A stretch of 64,000 nucleotides of DNA, taken from NCBI GenBank assembly GCA_937967325.1, contig CALBSQ010000053.1, positions 255 through 64,254 on the forward strand. The letters are read 5' to 3'. This DNA is from an uncultured Chloroflexota bacterium (GTDB lineage Bacteria; Chloroflexota; UBA4733). A model generated the notes under the pieces. That model was given only the letters and a program-made list of their open reading frames with translations, made no database searches and was not told the DNA's origin. Both the position numbers and the translations under genes were made by a program. How positions within the stretch are numbered: the stretch's first letter is position 1; every line of letters begins with the position of its first letter. Of the stretch, positions 1-9,714 are shown piece by piece.

Positions 1-10
1 GATGATGGTG

Positions 11-37
11 TAGACATTATATGCAATATTGTATGAT
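11..37 (+). promoter_or_regulatory. possible sigma70-type promoter for the first SBP gene
   Basis: AT-rich patch with TAGACA (11-16), a 15-nt spacer and TATGAT (32-37), upstream of GGGAGG and GTG 66. The spacer is short and the site lies at the window edge. Confidence 0.25.
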
Positions 38-65
38 CGCCGCGTGTGAAAAGGGAGGTAGCAGA

Positions 66-1550
66 GTGACCTCGGTGGCAGAAATATCAAGGCGGAGTGT
101 CCTGCGCGCGATCGTCGTCTTGGGCGCGAGCGCCGGGAGCAGCGCGCTCCTTGCGGCCTGCGGCAGCACAGGAGTGTCGGACACGGCAGCACCGACCGCC
201 GCGTCGTCAAGCGCATCGGCGATCAGCATTGCGTCCACGGCCTCGGTGGAGCAGAAGTCCACATCGACGGCAGCGGCCAGCCCAACTTCAGCGGCCAGCG
301 CTATTGCCGCAAGCACCCAGGCGCCCAAGGCCGGCGGCCAGGCGGTCAACATCTCAGTGCTCGCCCAGAACTTCCAACCGACGATCGACGCGCTCAAGCA
401 TGCGGTGACGACCTTCAAGGCAAAACAACCGCAAGTGACGGTGACGATCGTGCCCGTCGACTACGGCGACATGGCAACCAAGGTGAAGGTCGAAATGGCT
501 GCCGGAACCGGGCCGGAAGTCGTGGGCAGCTACAGCGACTTCTGGCGCGCGGTCGACGCTTCCTCGGTTCTTCTGGCACTGACGCCGGAGCTCTTCTCGC
601 GGGATGAGCTGCAGAAGATCTTTTTCCCATCATTGCTCAATTCCGTGCCTTCGACGCGCAAGGAGGTGTATCTCTTACCGACGTCTACCGGACTCAACGG
701 TGATGCGCTCCTGTACAACCCGGCGTTGCTCACGAAAGCGGGTATCGATCCAGAGAGCCTGACGACGATCGACGATATCATCAGTGCCGGCGCCAAGCTC
801 ACCGTCTCCCAGGGCGGCGCCATCACCAACGAGGGCATCTGGTTTTCCGACACGTCCGATCCCGTACGCAATTGGATATTGGATCAGGGCGACACCTTCT
901 ACAATGAGCAGAACCACCAGTGGACCTGGCAGACGAACGCGGCCGAGCAGGCCATGCAGAAGGTCGTGGACGTCTACAAGCAAGGCACGTCCTGGACCAA
1001 GGCTCCGACAGGTGTGAAGAACCCACTTGGTGAGTCGCGCGCCGCCATGGAGATGGGCGCAGGCTTCTACGAGCTGTCCGGAGACGCCTCGAGCTTCCCG
1101 CACCTCGAGCTCGCCGATATGCCCATGCCGAGCTTCGTGCCGGGCAAGTCGCCGCACTACTTCCAGACGGCGATTTCGGGCTGGGCCCTGTCGGCCTTGC
1201 TTAAGCCGGGCGATGAGAAGACGAAGATGGGCGCCGAATTCCTTCGACACATCGTCTCGTCGGAAGAGGCCATAGCCAAAGCCGACGTGTACAGCGGCGC
1301 CATCTTGATCCAGGGTGTCTACACGAGTCCGGCCTTCAAGGGCACGAAGTTCGGCCCGGTGCGTGCGAACCTGCCCGACCAGGTCATCGCCCATACTCTG
1401 ACGATGGACATGGCCGTCGAGCCGGGGTTCAGCATGCAGATGAACCAGGTCATCGCGGGGACGATGTCGATCCAGACGGCACTGGCCGAGATGCAGCAGG
1501 TCTACAGCGGCAAAGAAGAGGAAGCGCGCAAGCAGATGGCGCAAGGCTGA
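66..1550 (+). CDS. ABC transporter substrate-binding lipoprotein (family-1 solute-binding protein), orphan
   Basis: ORF 21..1550. GGGAGG lies 7 nt upstream of the in-frame GTG at 66. The N-terminus SRRSVLRAIVVLGASAGSSALLAACGS is a twin-arginine-like signal plus lipobox Cys, followed by a Ser/Ala/Thr linker and an SBP-sized body. No permease or ATPase gene is adjacent. Confidence 0.8.
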   Translation: MTSVAEISRRSVLRAIVVLGASAGSSALLAACGSTGVSDTAAPTAASSSASAISIASTASVEQKSTSTAAASPTSAASAIAASTQAPKAGGQAVNISVLAQNFQPTIDALKHAVTTFKAKQPQVTVTIVPVDYGDMATKVKVEMAAGTGPEVVGSYSDFWRAVDASSVLLALTPELFSRDELQKIFFPSLLNSVPSTRKEVYLLPTSTGLNGDALLYNPALLTKAGIDPESLTTIDDIISAGAKLTVSQGGAITNEGIWFSDTSDPVRNWILDQGDTFYNEQNHQWTWQTNAAEQAMQKVVDVYKQGTSWTKAPTGVKNPLGESRAAMEMGAGFYELSGDASSFPHLELADMPMPSFVPGKSPHYFQTAISGWALSALLKPGDEKTKMGAEFLRHIVSSEEAIAKADVYSGAILIQGVYTSPAFKGTKFGPVRANLPDQVIAHTLTMDMAVEPGFSMQMNQVIAGTMSIQTALAEMQQVYSGKEEEARKQMAQG

Positions 1551-1695
1551 GTGGGGTATCCACCAAGTTCGGGGGCTTCCGGTGGCGATGGGACACCCGG
1601 CGAACATATTCGCCAGGGGCCAGTACGCGAGATCGTTACCGAATTCGTACGACGCACCACCAGGTAGCATTCGGGAGCAAAGGAGCAAGGAACAC

Positions 1696-2853
1696 ATGGG
1701 ACTCAAGCTGGCCATCGTTGGCACTGGGTCGTTTGCGCGCAGCTTCATCCCGTCCTACAAGGTTCACCCGCTGGTGGATGAAATCGCGCTCTGCGACCTC
1801 GACGCGGCCAAGCTGGAGCAGGCGTCGCGGGAGTACGACATCCCCAAGACCTACCCGTCGCTGGACGCCGTGTGCGGGAGCGACGTCGACGCCGTCGTGC
1901 TCATCACCCAGAACTGGATGCATGGCCCGCAAGCCGTGCAGGCGCTGCGCGCGGGCAAGCATGTCTATTCCGCCGTGCCCACCGGCATCACCGTGGAGGA
2001 GATCGCTGCGCTGGTGCGCACGGTAGAGGAGACCGGCCCGATCTACATGCTGGGCGAGACCAGCTACTATCGCTCCGAGGACATCTACTGCCGCCAGCGC
2101 TTCGCCAAGGGCGACTTCGGGCAGATCGTCTACGCCGAAGCCGAGTACTACCACGACTTCTCCCACGGCCTCTACGAGGTCTCGCAGCGGCGTGGCGGCG
2201 AGCGCTGGAAAGAATTCGCCGGGAAGCCTCCCATGCACTACCCGACCCACTCCACCAGCCAGATCGTCTCGGTCACCCACGCGCACATGACCCACGTGTC
2301 CTGTCAAGGGGTGGTGGACCGGCACGAGGACGGGCTCTTCCAGGTGGGTGTGAATCGCTGGGACAACACCTTCAGCAATGAGTCGGCGCTGTTCAAGATG
2401 TCGGACGGCAGCGCCTGCCGCATCAACGAGTTCCGCCGCGTCGGCCACCCCGAGGTGGAGCGGCTCGCCCAGCTCGCCGGGACCGAGGCCACCTACGAGG
2501 CGAGCGCGGCGGGACGGCGCTGGCTGACCAAGGACCGCCGGCAGACCATCGACCTCGACGACCTGCTCGGCGTCGGCGAGGTGGCAGTCGACGGCGCAAC
2601 CTTCCACGGCGTGTCCAAGATGCACGACGTGACGCGCCTGCCCAAGGCGTTCGCCACCTTGCACACCGGTCACGGCGGCTCGCACCAGTTCCTGGTGGAC
2701 GACTTCGTGCAGGCCTGTGTCAACCGCACCCACCCACCCAACAACGTCTGGCTGGCCGCCCGCTATGCCCTGCCGGGCATCGTCGCCCACGAGTCAGCCG
2801 TACGGGGTGGGGAGCTGCTGGCGATACCAGACTTCGGCGACCCGCCCGCATGA
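1696..2853 (+). CDS. Gfo/Idh/MocA family oxidoreductase
   Basis: Within ORF 1582..2853. ATG 1696 gives MGLKLAIVGTGSFARSF (N-terminal Rossmann GxGxxA) preceded by AAGGAG. Length and layout are typical of the family. Confidence 0.85.
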   Translation: MGLKLAIVGTGSFARSFIPSYKVHPLVDEIALCDLDAAKLEQASREYDIPKTYPSLDAVCGSDVDAVVLITQNWMHGPQAVQALRAGKHVYSAVPTGITVEEIAALVRTVEETGPIYMLGETSYYRSEDIYCRQRFAKGDFGQIVYAEAEYYHDFSHGLYEVSQRRGGERWKEFAGKPPMHYPTHSTSQIVSVTHAHMTHVSCQGVVDRHEDGLFQVGVNRWDNTFSNESALFKMSDGSACRINEFRRVGHPEVERLAQLAGTEATYEASAAGRRWLTKDRRQTIDLDDLLGVGEVAVDGATFHGVSKMHDVTRLPKAFATLHTGHGGSHQFLVDDFVQACVNRTHPPNNVWLAARYALPGIVAHESAVRGGELLAIPDFGDPPA

Positions 2854-2932
2854 ACCGACAGTATGCACCGCGTCGCAACGCGATCCTTTTTGGTCAACTG
2901 CCGGTAAATCACCGCCTGAGAAGGGTACACGC

Positions 2933-3196
2933 GTGAGTACGACAACGGTTGTCACGCCAACACCACGGCTGTCCTTTGGCCACGCTCGCGGTGACATCAC
3001 ACCGCCGGTCGGTGTCTATCACGGCATGTGGGGAGCGGCTCGGCACGACCGAGCCACCGGCGTCCACCGCCCGCTTGTGGGCGACGTCATGGCATTCGGA
3101 CCGATCGATGGAACCACGCCGGCCAGCATCAGCTACTCCGCGGGCTATTGCGATCTAGCTGCCAATCGCGACTACTCGATAAAGAGATTGCTTTGA
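2933..3196 (+). pseudogene. N-terminal fragment of a neutral/alkaline ceramidase-like gene
   Basis: The tail of ORF 2717..3196 reads VSTTTVVTPTPRLSFGHARGDITPPVGVYHGMWGAARHD. This parallels the N-terminus of the intact paralogue at 32827 (KAGFHVTDITPPIGMEVPGGYG). The reading frame degenerates where GC drops, around 3150. Confidence 0.5.
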
Positions 3197-3678
3197 ATTT
3201 ACAGATTCGGCCTGTTGTTAATGGCGATATAGAAGACTTGGTTCGATTGTCATTGCTAGCATGGGGCCCGGTCTTTGGCTCTTTCGAGCGGGTGTTGGGT
3301 CCCGAGATTTATGCGATCGTATATCCGGATTGGCGAAGACAGCAAAGAGAGGTGGTCGAGAGTGCGTGTAACGATGGTGGGAAGACCACAATCTTGGTCG
3401 CAGAAGTCGATGGAATAGTTGCCGGATATATAGCGTATACGTTCGATAACGAGGCTAAAACCGGAGAGGTTGAATTGCTCGCCGTGCATCCCGACTATCA
3501 AAATCGTGGCATAGGCGCCAATTTGAACAACTTTGCGCTTAAGAAGCTGAAGGAGCACGGGATGTTATTGGCCGTAGTGGCTACGGGTGGAGATCCGGGC
3601 CATGCGCCGGCCAGGAGATCCTATGAGAAGGCCGGGTATACCGCCTTACCTTTGGTCCGGTATTACAAGAATTTATAG
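3193..3678 (+). CDS. GNAT family N-acetyltransferase
   Basis: In-frame TTG at 3193 (LNLQIRPVVNGDIEDL). Acetyl-CoA motif LAVHPDYQNRGIGANL. GC is visibly lower than in the flanks. Confidence 0.85.
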   Translation: MNLQIRPVVNGDIEDLVRLSLLAWGPVFGSFERVLGPEIYAIVYPDWRRQQREVVESACNDGGKTTILVAEVDGIVAGYIAYTFDNEAKTGEVELLAVHPDYQNRGIGANLNNFALKKLKEHGMLLAVVATGGDPGHAPARRSYEKAGYTALPLVRYYKNL

Positions 3679-3955
3679 GGACCGCGCGCAAACGCGCCCG
3701 CCGGCTTCGCGCATGCGCGCAGGGAAGCGCCACGACGACATGCACGGCCCGCCTGTATCCGGGAAACTAATGCCGGTTCGGTACGCTGCCCATCCCCAAG
3801 GCGCGCCAGGCGGCTACCATTGGACGGGCCCAAGCAGAGCCATCAGTCCTGATGACTGGATGCCACCGTCGGTCTCGGCGGAAACGATCCGCTCCGTGGC
3901 GTCATCGCCCATCCCATCCCTCCCACTTGGGCATCGCTGCGGAGGCGCGCGACGC

Positions 3956-4735
3956 TCAGCGCAGCCCGGGCCCTCCTTCCTCGACCACGTCCCCGCTGGT
4001 CACCGTCGGGCACCAGAATTTCTCGATGTACTCGACCACGAGCCGCGTCCCCTCCTCATGGCTCACGTAGGGCGGACAGGCGGGGTCATACATGGTGTCG
4101 GTCAGGTCGCGGATGAGGGCGACGTCGAGGCCCCAGCGCACGAGCTGCTTGATGGCGAAGCTGCGATTGAGCACGCACATGTTGGTGTGGACGCCCATGA
4201 TCAGCACCTGCTCGATCCCGCGCTGGCGGTACAGGGCATAGAGCTCGCGACCGTTGTCGGAGACGGCGTCCGCCGCCTCGTCGATGACAATAGCCGGATG
4301 CTCGCGCGTCCACGGCCAGGGAGGTCCAGGCCGCTGGTTGTCCGCATCGCACCCGCCGTTCGTGGCGTCGATGGGCAGGGGTGGGTCGTCGTGCTCTCGC
4401 GCTGGTGGCGGATCTACGGCAGGCGAGGTGAGGACGCGCTGGCGGGCCGGCGATCCCGCGTAGAAGGCCATGGTGTCGGAGGGGGCGTGGACAACGAGCG
4501 TCCCGCGAGCGCGCAGCGCCGTCACCACCGCCTGCATGCGAGGCAGGAGCAGCTCGAGTCGCCGCTCGGCCGCGGGGCATGTGTGGCGATCCCAGACGTC
4601 GCAGAGGACAAGCGCCGTGGTCTGCGCCGGCCACTGGACGGTGGTCGACTCCGTCTGCCAGCAGCGCCAGCCTTCGGCGCTGCGACTCAGCGTCTGCCTG
4701 CGCATCGGGAGCCTGAGGTCTGTCTCGTTCGTCAT
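3956..4735 (-). CDS. isochorismatase-family (cysteine) hydrolase
   Basis: ALVLCDVWDRH near the N-terminus and LIMGVHTNMCVLNRSFAIKQL (catalytic Cys context). Confidence 0.75.
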   Translation of the reverse strand: MTNETDLRLPMRRQTLSRSAEGWRCWQTESTTVQWPAQTTALVLCDVWDRHTCPAAERRLELLLPRMQAVVTALRARGTLVVHAPSDTMAFYAGSPARQRVLTSPAVDPPPAREHDDPPLPIDATNGGCDADNQRPGPPWPWTREHPAIVIDEAADAVSDNGRELYALYRQRGIEQVLIMGVHTNMCVLNRSFAIKQLVRWGLDVALIRDLTDTMYDPACPPYVSHEEGTRLVVEYIEKFWCPTVTSGDVVEEGGPGLR

Positions 4736-4796
4736 CGCATCCTCCTTGGGAGCCAGAACCGCCCCCGGCGCGCCGGCACGCCGGAGCTGTGAGCGA

Positions 4797-5483
4797 TCAT
4801 TTGGCGTCCTCGTACTCGTCGTGGCGGCGCCACCACGCGTAGGGCGGCGTCTGTGGGTACCCGTCGGGCGAGTCCTCCCACGACTCCTGCCGGCCGAGTG
4901 GAGTCAGGTCGAGGAAGGTCCAGGTGCTGCCGAGCGCTTCGACGCCGCGTCCGGACGTGAAGTAGCTGCGATAGACGCGGTCGCCGTCGCGGAGGAAGAC
5001 GCTCAAGCCGAACGTCTCGCCATCGTCGGTCGTGACACCGAAGTCGACGTTGAAGTCGCTGCCGAATGAGGAGTACCACGGCGCCGTCCAACCCATGCGC
5101 TCCTTGTACGGCTCGATCTGCGCCAGCGGCGCCTGGGATACCAGGACAAAGGAAGTATCGCGGGTGTGGAGATGGGCGAGGTGGCCGATGTTGTCGACGA
5201 AAAACGAACAACCGGGGCAGCCCGCCGACGGCCAGCCCTCGACGCCGGGGGCGAACATGAAGTGGTAGACGATCAACTGGCGGCGCCCGTCGAACAGATC
5301 GAGCAGGCTCACCTTGCCGTCCGGTCCCTCGAAGATATAGTCCTTGTCAATCCGGGCTATCGGCAGCCGGCGGCGCTCGGCGGCCAGCGCGTCTCGCGCC
5401 CGGGTGGCTTCCTTTTCCTTGACGAGCAGGTTTTCGTGGGCCACCTGCCACTCGGCCGGTGACACGACCAGTGGAAGCTTCAT
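4797..5483 (-). CDS. DUF899 thioredoxin-fold protein
   Basis: MKLPLVVSPAEWQVAHENLLVKEKE...RRRLP...LIVYHFMF...GCPGCSFFVDNIGHLAHL matches the characteristic DUF899 pattern. Confidence 0.85.
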   Translation of the reverse strand: MKLPLVVSPAEWQVAHENLLVKEKEATRARDALAAERRRLPIARIDKDYIFEGPDGKVSLLDLFDGRRQLIVYHFMFAPGVEGWPSAGCPGCSFFVDNIGHLAHLHTRDTSFVLVSQAPLAQIEPYKERMGWTAPWYSSFGSDFNVDFGVTTDDGETFGLSVFLRDGDRVYRSYFTSGRGVEALGSTWTFLDLTPLGRQESWEDSPDGYPQTPPYAWWRRHDEYEDAK

Positions 5484-5695
5484 CGTCCCTCCTCTGTTTT
5501 ATCGTCGGGGGAGCCTAACACATAATCGGCATGAAGGGCCTATTAGCGAACTCGCGGTTGAGCGCCGATGTCGGTAGGTCAGGCGCCAGACCTCCAGGAC
5601 CTACCTAGCCCTCTGTCAGGAGCTGGCCGATCGGCTCCGCTCCCGTGCCAGGCTGCCCAAACCACCGTCAGGCGCTCCGGCGAATTCGCGCGCCG

Positions 5696-6592
5696 CTAGG
5701 GCGAATCCGGATCGTTTCGGCTCGCCGACGCAGTGAGCAGGTGCTCGCGCCAGAGGCCGCGTTGCAGCGCGAGGTACTGATTTCGCGCGCCGCGGGTGTT
5801 GCCGTCGCGCGTGTCCGAGCGCAGGCCGAGGGCGTGGGCGGCCGATGCGACCGGCCAGGCGAGTGTCGCGAGACGGTAGAGTCGGCGCAACGAGGGCCGC
5901 ACGTTGGCCGTGATGTCGAGCAGGCTCACACCGTCGAACCCTTCCTCCTCGGCCCACCGCGCCAGCTCGGCGGCGGTCGCCAGGTCGGGGATGGCCCAGC
6001 CGGACAGCCAACGACGCAGCAGGACCTCCTCGGCCTCGGCGAGCGGGCGCCCGGTGCGCGTATACTCCACCATACCCAGCCGGCCGCCGGGGCGAAGCAG
6101 CCGCCGCGCCTCCCGCAGGAAGCGGCGCTTCACGGGGGCGTGGCAGACGCTCTCGATGGCCCAGACCACGTCGAAGCTTGCCCCGGGGAAGGTGGTCGCG
6201 GTGTAGTCCTGCTGCTCGAAGGTCACGCGGTGCGCGACACCGTGGGCGCGGGCGAACTGCTGCGCCCGCGCGATCTGGCTGGCGACCGGCGTGATGCCGA
6301 CGACCTCGACGTCGTAGGTCTTGGCCAGCCAGAGGGCGCTCCCGCCTACGCCGCAGCCGGCGTCCAGGATGCGTTGCCCCGGCCGCACCCCGAGCTGATC
6401 GGCTAGCACGCGGTTCATGGTGAGCAGCGCCTGGGCGTGGCCGCGGGTGTGTCGGTCCCAGTAGCCGAAATGGATGGCGCAGTTCTGCTGGTTGAGCCAT
6501 ACCCATCGGTACTCCGACCACGTCTCGTCATAGTAGGCGCGGATGCGCGCCAGGTCGGGCAGGTCGGTGGGAGCGAGCTCACGCAGCGCCAT
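5696..6592 (-). CDS. class I SAM-dependent methyltransferase
   Basis: Motif I ILDAGCGVGGSALWLA, then VVGITPV and LRPGGRLGMVEY. Confidence 0.85.
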   Translation of the reverse strand: MALRELAPTDLPDLARIRAYYDETWSEYRWVWLNQQNCAIHFGYWDRHTRGHAQALLTMNRVLADQLGVRPGQRILDAGCGVGGSALWLAKTYDVEVVGITPVASQIARAQQFARAHGVAHRVTFEQQDYTATTFPGASFDVVWAIESVCHAPVKRRFLREARRLLRPGGRLGMVEYTRTGRPLAEAEEVLLRRWLSGWAIPDLATAAELARWAEEEGFDGVSLLDITANVRPSLRRLYRLATLAWPVASAAHALGLRSDTRDGNTRGARNQYLALQRGLWREHLLTASASRNDPDSP

Positions 6593-6922
6593 CTCGGGGA
6601 ACCCTCCGATTGTCGCCGGCGTGGGTCACGGTTTCGGGTTGCCCGCGCCGGCGCAGCGACGGTACACATGCGCAGTATGGGCCGGAGCGATGCTCAGATT
6701 CTAGTCCAATTTGCGCTCATTGTGTGTGATGTGTGCCGAGCTCACCTACCGCCAATGCTATTTACTCGTGCCGACCGTGAGAGGTCGACGAACGAAGCGA
6801 CATGGTTGCAGCCGAACGGCCAGCCCACTATACTACTGCCGGCCTGGTGGCGCGTCACCCGGACATCGGGACGGGACGGTCGTCATCGGCGCGGTGGCTA
6901 CCACCCGCGGAGGAGGCCGAGC

Positions 6923-7786
6923 ATGGACGTGCCGGCGTACCCGACGGCGGGCGTCCGCGGCGGCGCCCGTGACGACCGCATCCTGCCCGAAACGCGTCTG
7001 CTGGCGGCGATCATCGTGCCCTTTCTGCTGGTGGCATGGGGCGTCCTCTACCTCTTCCCCACCCAAACCAAGGAGCTGTTCGCCTGGACGATCAGCCCGA
7101 CGATGACGCCCCTGATGCTTGGCGCGGCCTACGTCGGCGGGGCCTACTTCTTCACGCGCGTGGCCACGGCGCCGCGCTGGCATTGGATCACGCTCGGCTT
7201 CCTCCCGGTTGCCTCGTTCGCCTCGCTGATGGGGCTGGCCACGGTCCTGCACTGGGACCGCTTCAACCACGGCCACGTCGCCTTCTTCGCTTGGGCGACG
7301 CTGTACTTCGTGACGCCCTTCCTGGTGCTGGGCGCCTGGCTGCGCAACCGGACCACCGACCCCGGCCTGCCGGACCGGCGCGACGCCATCCTGCCCGTGC
7401 CGGCGCGCTGGGGCCTCGGAGTGGTAGGGGCGATCAACGTCGCGGTGGCGCTGCTGTTATTCTTCCAACCCCAGCTCATGCTCGGCGTCTGGCCGTGGAA
7501 GCTGACGCCCCTCACCGCCCGCGTGCTGGGCGGCCTGTTCGCGCTCCCCGGGGTCCTCGGCCTGGGCATGGCGGCCGACCCCCGCTGGAGCGCGGCGCGC
7601 ATCCCGCTGCAGAGCCAGGCCATTTCCCTGGCGTTCATCCTGCTCGGCGTCGGCCGCGCCTGGGGCGACTTCGACCACGCCAACCCGCTCGCCTGGGTCT
7701 TCGCCGGCGGCTCCGGCGGCCTCCTGCTGGTGTCGCTGGCCCTGCACGTCTTCCTGGACCGCCAGCGGCGAGCGAGCAGCGCATAG
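6923..7786 (+). CDS. polytopic integral membrane protein, function unknown
   Basis: ATG 6923 preceded by GGAGGAGG, inside the longer ORF 6437..7786. About eight hydrophobic segments. GC3-rich frame. Confidence 0.6.
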   Translation: MDVPAYPTAGVRGGARDDRILPETRLLAAIIVPFLLVAWGVLYLFPTQTKELFAWTISPTMTPLMLGAAYVGGAYFFTRVATAPRWHWITLGFLPVASFASLMGLATVLHWDRFNHGHVAFFAWATLYFVTPFLVLGAWLRNRTTDPGLPDRRDAILPVPARWGLGVVGAINVAVALLLFFQPQLMLGVWPWKLTPLTARVLGGLFALPGVLGLGMAADPRWSAARIPLQSQAISLAFILLGVGRAWGDFDHANPLAWVFAGGSGGLLLVSLALHVFLDRQRRASSA

Positions 7787-7808
7787 GGGACGGCCAGCCA
7801 TAGCCGCG

Positions 7809-9350
7809 TCAGGTCGCCTGCAAGAGATTCGCGTCGATGTAGGCGCTGGCGGCCTTGCCGTAGTCGGCAGCGGTCTGCTTCCCCTGGTCGAACGCTGGGA
7901 AGTTCTGGGTCAGCCAGTCGCTCACCTTGTTCCAGCCCGGATACTTCGGCATGCCCCAGGACGAGACGTGCGAGTGCTGGGACATGAGCAGGAACGCCTG
8001 CGGGTCGACGCCGACCTGGTGCTGGTAGGTCTGCATCGCCAGATCGGAAGCGCCGACCACCGGCGAGACGGCGTAGTTGCCGCTGGGCGGGAACCGCGCC
8101 GCGTTCGCCGGCACGAGCAGCCACTGCATCAGTTGCCAGGTCAGATCGGTCCGCGGCGTTTGCACGGTGTACAGGGGCTGGGCGAATTGCCGGCCGGAGA
8201 CGTTCTGGGGGCTGCTATGGGGCAGCGCCGCCAGCCCCCACTTGAAGCTCTGCTTGAGCACATAGCCATAGATCACCTGCATCCCAATGCGACCGCTGGT
8301 GAACACGTCGCCGTGGGCGCCGATGCTCTTGATTTGCTCCGCTGTTGGAGCGACCTTGTAGCGGTCGCGCAGATCCTTGAAGAATTGCAGCCCCTGCGCG
8401 GCCAGCGGTTGGTCCATCAGCGCCTTCTGCGCCTGGTCGTCCCAGGGCCCCTGCCCGAAGTAGGTTGGCCGCTCGTCGCCGCCGGTGTCGGCGCCGCCCA
8501 CGGTACCGCCAAAACCGAACTGCGACTGGTCGGGCTTGGTGAGCCGCTGGGCATATTCTAGGAACAGCTCCATAGTCCAACTCTGATCACTCGGCTCGAC
8601 CGGAGGGTGAGGCAAGCCTGCGGAGTCGAAGAGGTCCTGGTTGTAGGCGAGGGCGTCCTGGGAGATGCCGACCAGAGGCAGCGCCCAGACCTTCCCCGCG
8701 CGATCGGTGAAGATCTGAATGGCCTGGGGAGCGAAGATCTTCTGGGGATCGAGCTTCGCCTGGGCCAGCCGGCCGGACAGCTCGACCAGCACCGATTGGA
8801 TGCTGAGCCAGTTGCCGGTGGCGTTCTGGTAGAAGTCGGGCGGCGTGCCGCCCGCCACCATGGCGGTGAGCTTGTCGGTGAGCGTCGTCCAGCTCGTGCC
8901 GCCGGAGACGATCTCGACCGCGACGCCGGGCTGCGCTTTCGTAAAGTCGTTGTAGATCGCTTGCTCCACCTCGTGGCGGCCCTGGGTATCGGGCGACATA
9001 TAGGTGAGCGTCGCCCCCTTCTGACCAGCGGCGCTCGACGCGCTGCTGGCCGGAGCGGCGCGGGTCGACGCTGCCGGCGACGAGGAGCTGCTCACGGAAA
9101 GCGCGCTGGATAACGTGGCGCTCGTTGCGGCGGCGCTGGCCCCCGCCGCGCTGGTCGACGCCAAGCTGGATGCGGCACTGCTGGGCGCAGCGCCAGTCGT
9201 CGGCGCGGCGGCACTGGACGCCGTCGACGTCCCGACCGTCCCGCCGCAGGCGGCCAGGAGTGTCGCGCCGGCCACTCCGGCCGCCACTCCGGCCACCCGT
9301 AAGATCCCTCGTCGAGTCAGCACCCGATACACCGATGCCACTCCTCTCAT
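7809..9350 (-). CDS. ABC transporter substrate-binding lipoprotein, orphan
   Basis: TRRGILRVAGVAAGVAGATLLAACGG signal/lipobox, a Ser/Ala-rich linker and an SBP-sized body. No transporter partner is adjacent. Confidence 0.85.
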   Translation of the reverse strand: MRGVASVYRVLTRRGILRVAGVAAGVAGATLLAACGGTVGTSTASSAAAPTTGAAPSSAASSLASTSAAGASAAATSATLSSALSVSSSSSPAASTRAAPASSASSAAGQKGATLTYMSPDTQGRHEVEQAIYNDFTKAQPGVAVEIVSGGTSWTTLTDKLTAMVAGGTPPDFYQNATGNWLSIQSVLVELSGRLAQAKLDPQKIFAPQAIQIFTDRAGKVWALPLVGISQDALAYNQDLFDSAGLPHPPVEPSDQSWTMELFLEYAQRLTKPDQSQFGFGGTVGGADTGGDERPTYFGQGPWDDQAQKALMDQPLAAQGLQFFKDLRDRYKVAPTAEQIKSIGAHGDVFTSGRIGMQVIYGYVLKQSFKWGLAALPHSSPQNVSGRQFAQPLYTVQTPRTDLTWQLMQWLLVPANAARFPPSGNYAVSPVVGASDLAMQTYQHQVGVDPQAFLLMSQHSHVSSWGMPKYPGWNKVSDWLTQNFPAFDQGKQTAADYGKAASAYIDANLLQAT

Positions 9351-9617
9351 ACGCTTCCGCGATACTGTACCGGTAGGGCTGATGCCCGCAACCGGGCCAT
9401 GGTATGACGCACGCCGTAGGCCATCAACCTTGGACTACGACGACGGCGCCGGACGTCGACCCCCACCAGGCGCCGCTCCCGTCGGCGCAACCATTCGACA
9501 CCTTCACGATCCCGCTGGGCCTCGGTCACTAAGGCCCGGCGCTTGGCCCGGCCTATCGCGTTGACCTTATGGGTTCGGCCGGAGGGCCGGCGCGATGTCG
9601 TAACGGGACTTCCGTTC

Positions 9618-9646
9618 TTGACGTCCCGGTCCAGCAATGATATGGT
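9618..9646 (+). promoter_or_regulatory. candidate sigma70-type promoter for the aminotransferase gene
   Basis: TTGACG (9618-9623), a 17-nt spacer and TATGGT (9641-9646), about 70 nt upstream of ATG 9715. Confidence 0.35.
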
Positions 9647-9714
9647 CGCGATATGTCATACGCTGTTCGCTTGCCGACGGCTGAGCGATCCGGCTCGCAG
9701 AAGGGGCACTGCCG

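Noticed and set aside
675-1748. Long antisense or alternate-frame ORFs throughout the track (for example 675..1748 -, 1636..2790 -, 3587..4792 +, 5616..6521 -, 7144..8124 -, 18644..19903 -, 26565..27569 -, 38123..39370 +, 45570..47000 -).
   Set aside because: These are Arg/Pro/Gly/Ala-rich shadow ORFs, as expected opposite or out of frame with real genes in GC-rich DNA. Each overlaps a frame with clear family motifs and shows no motifs of its own.
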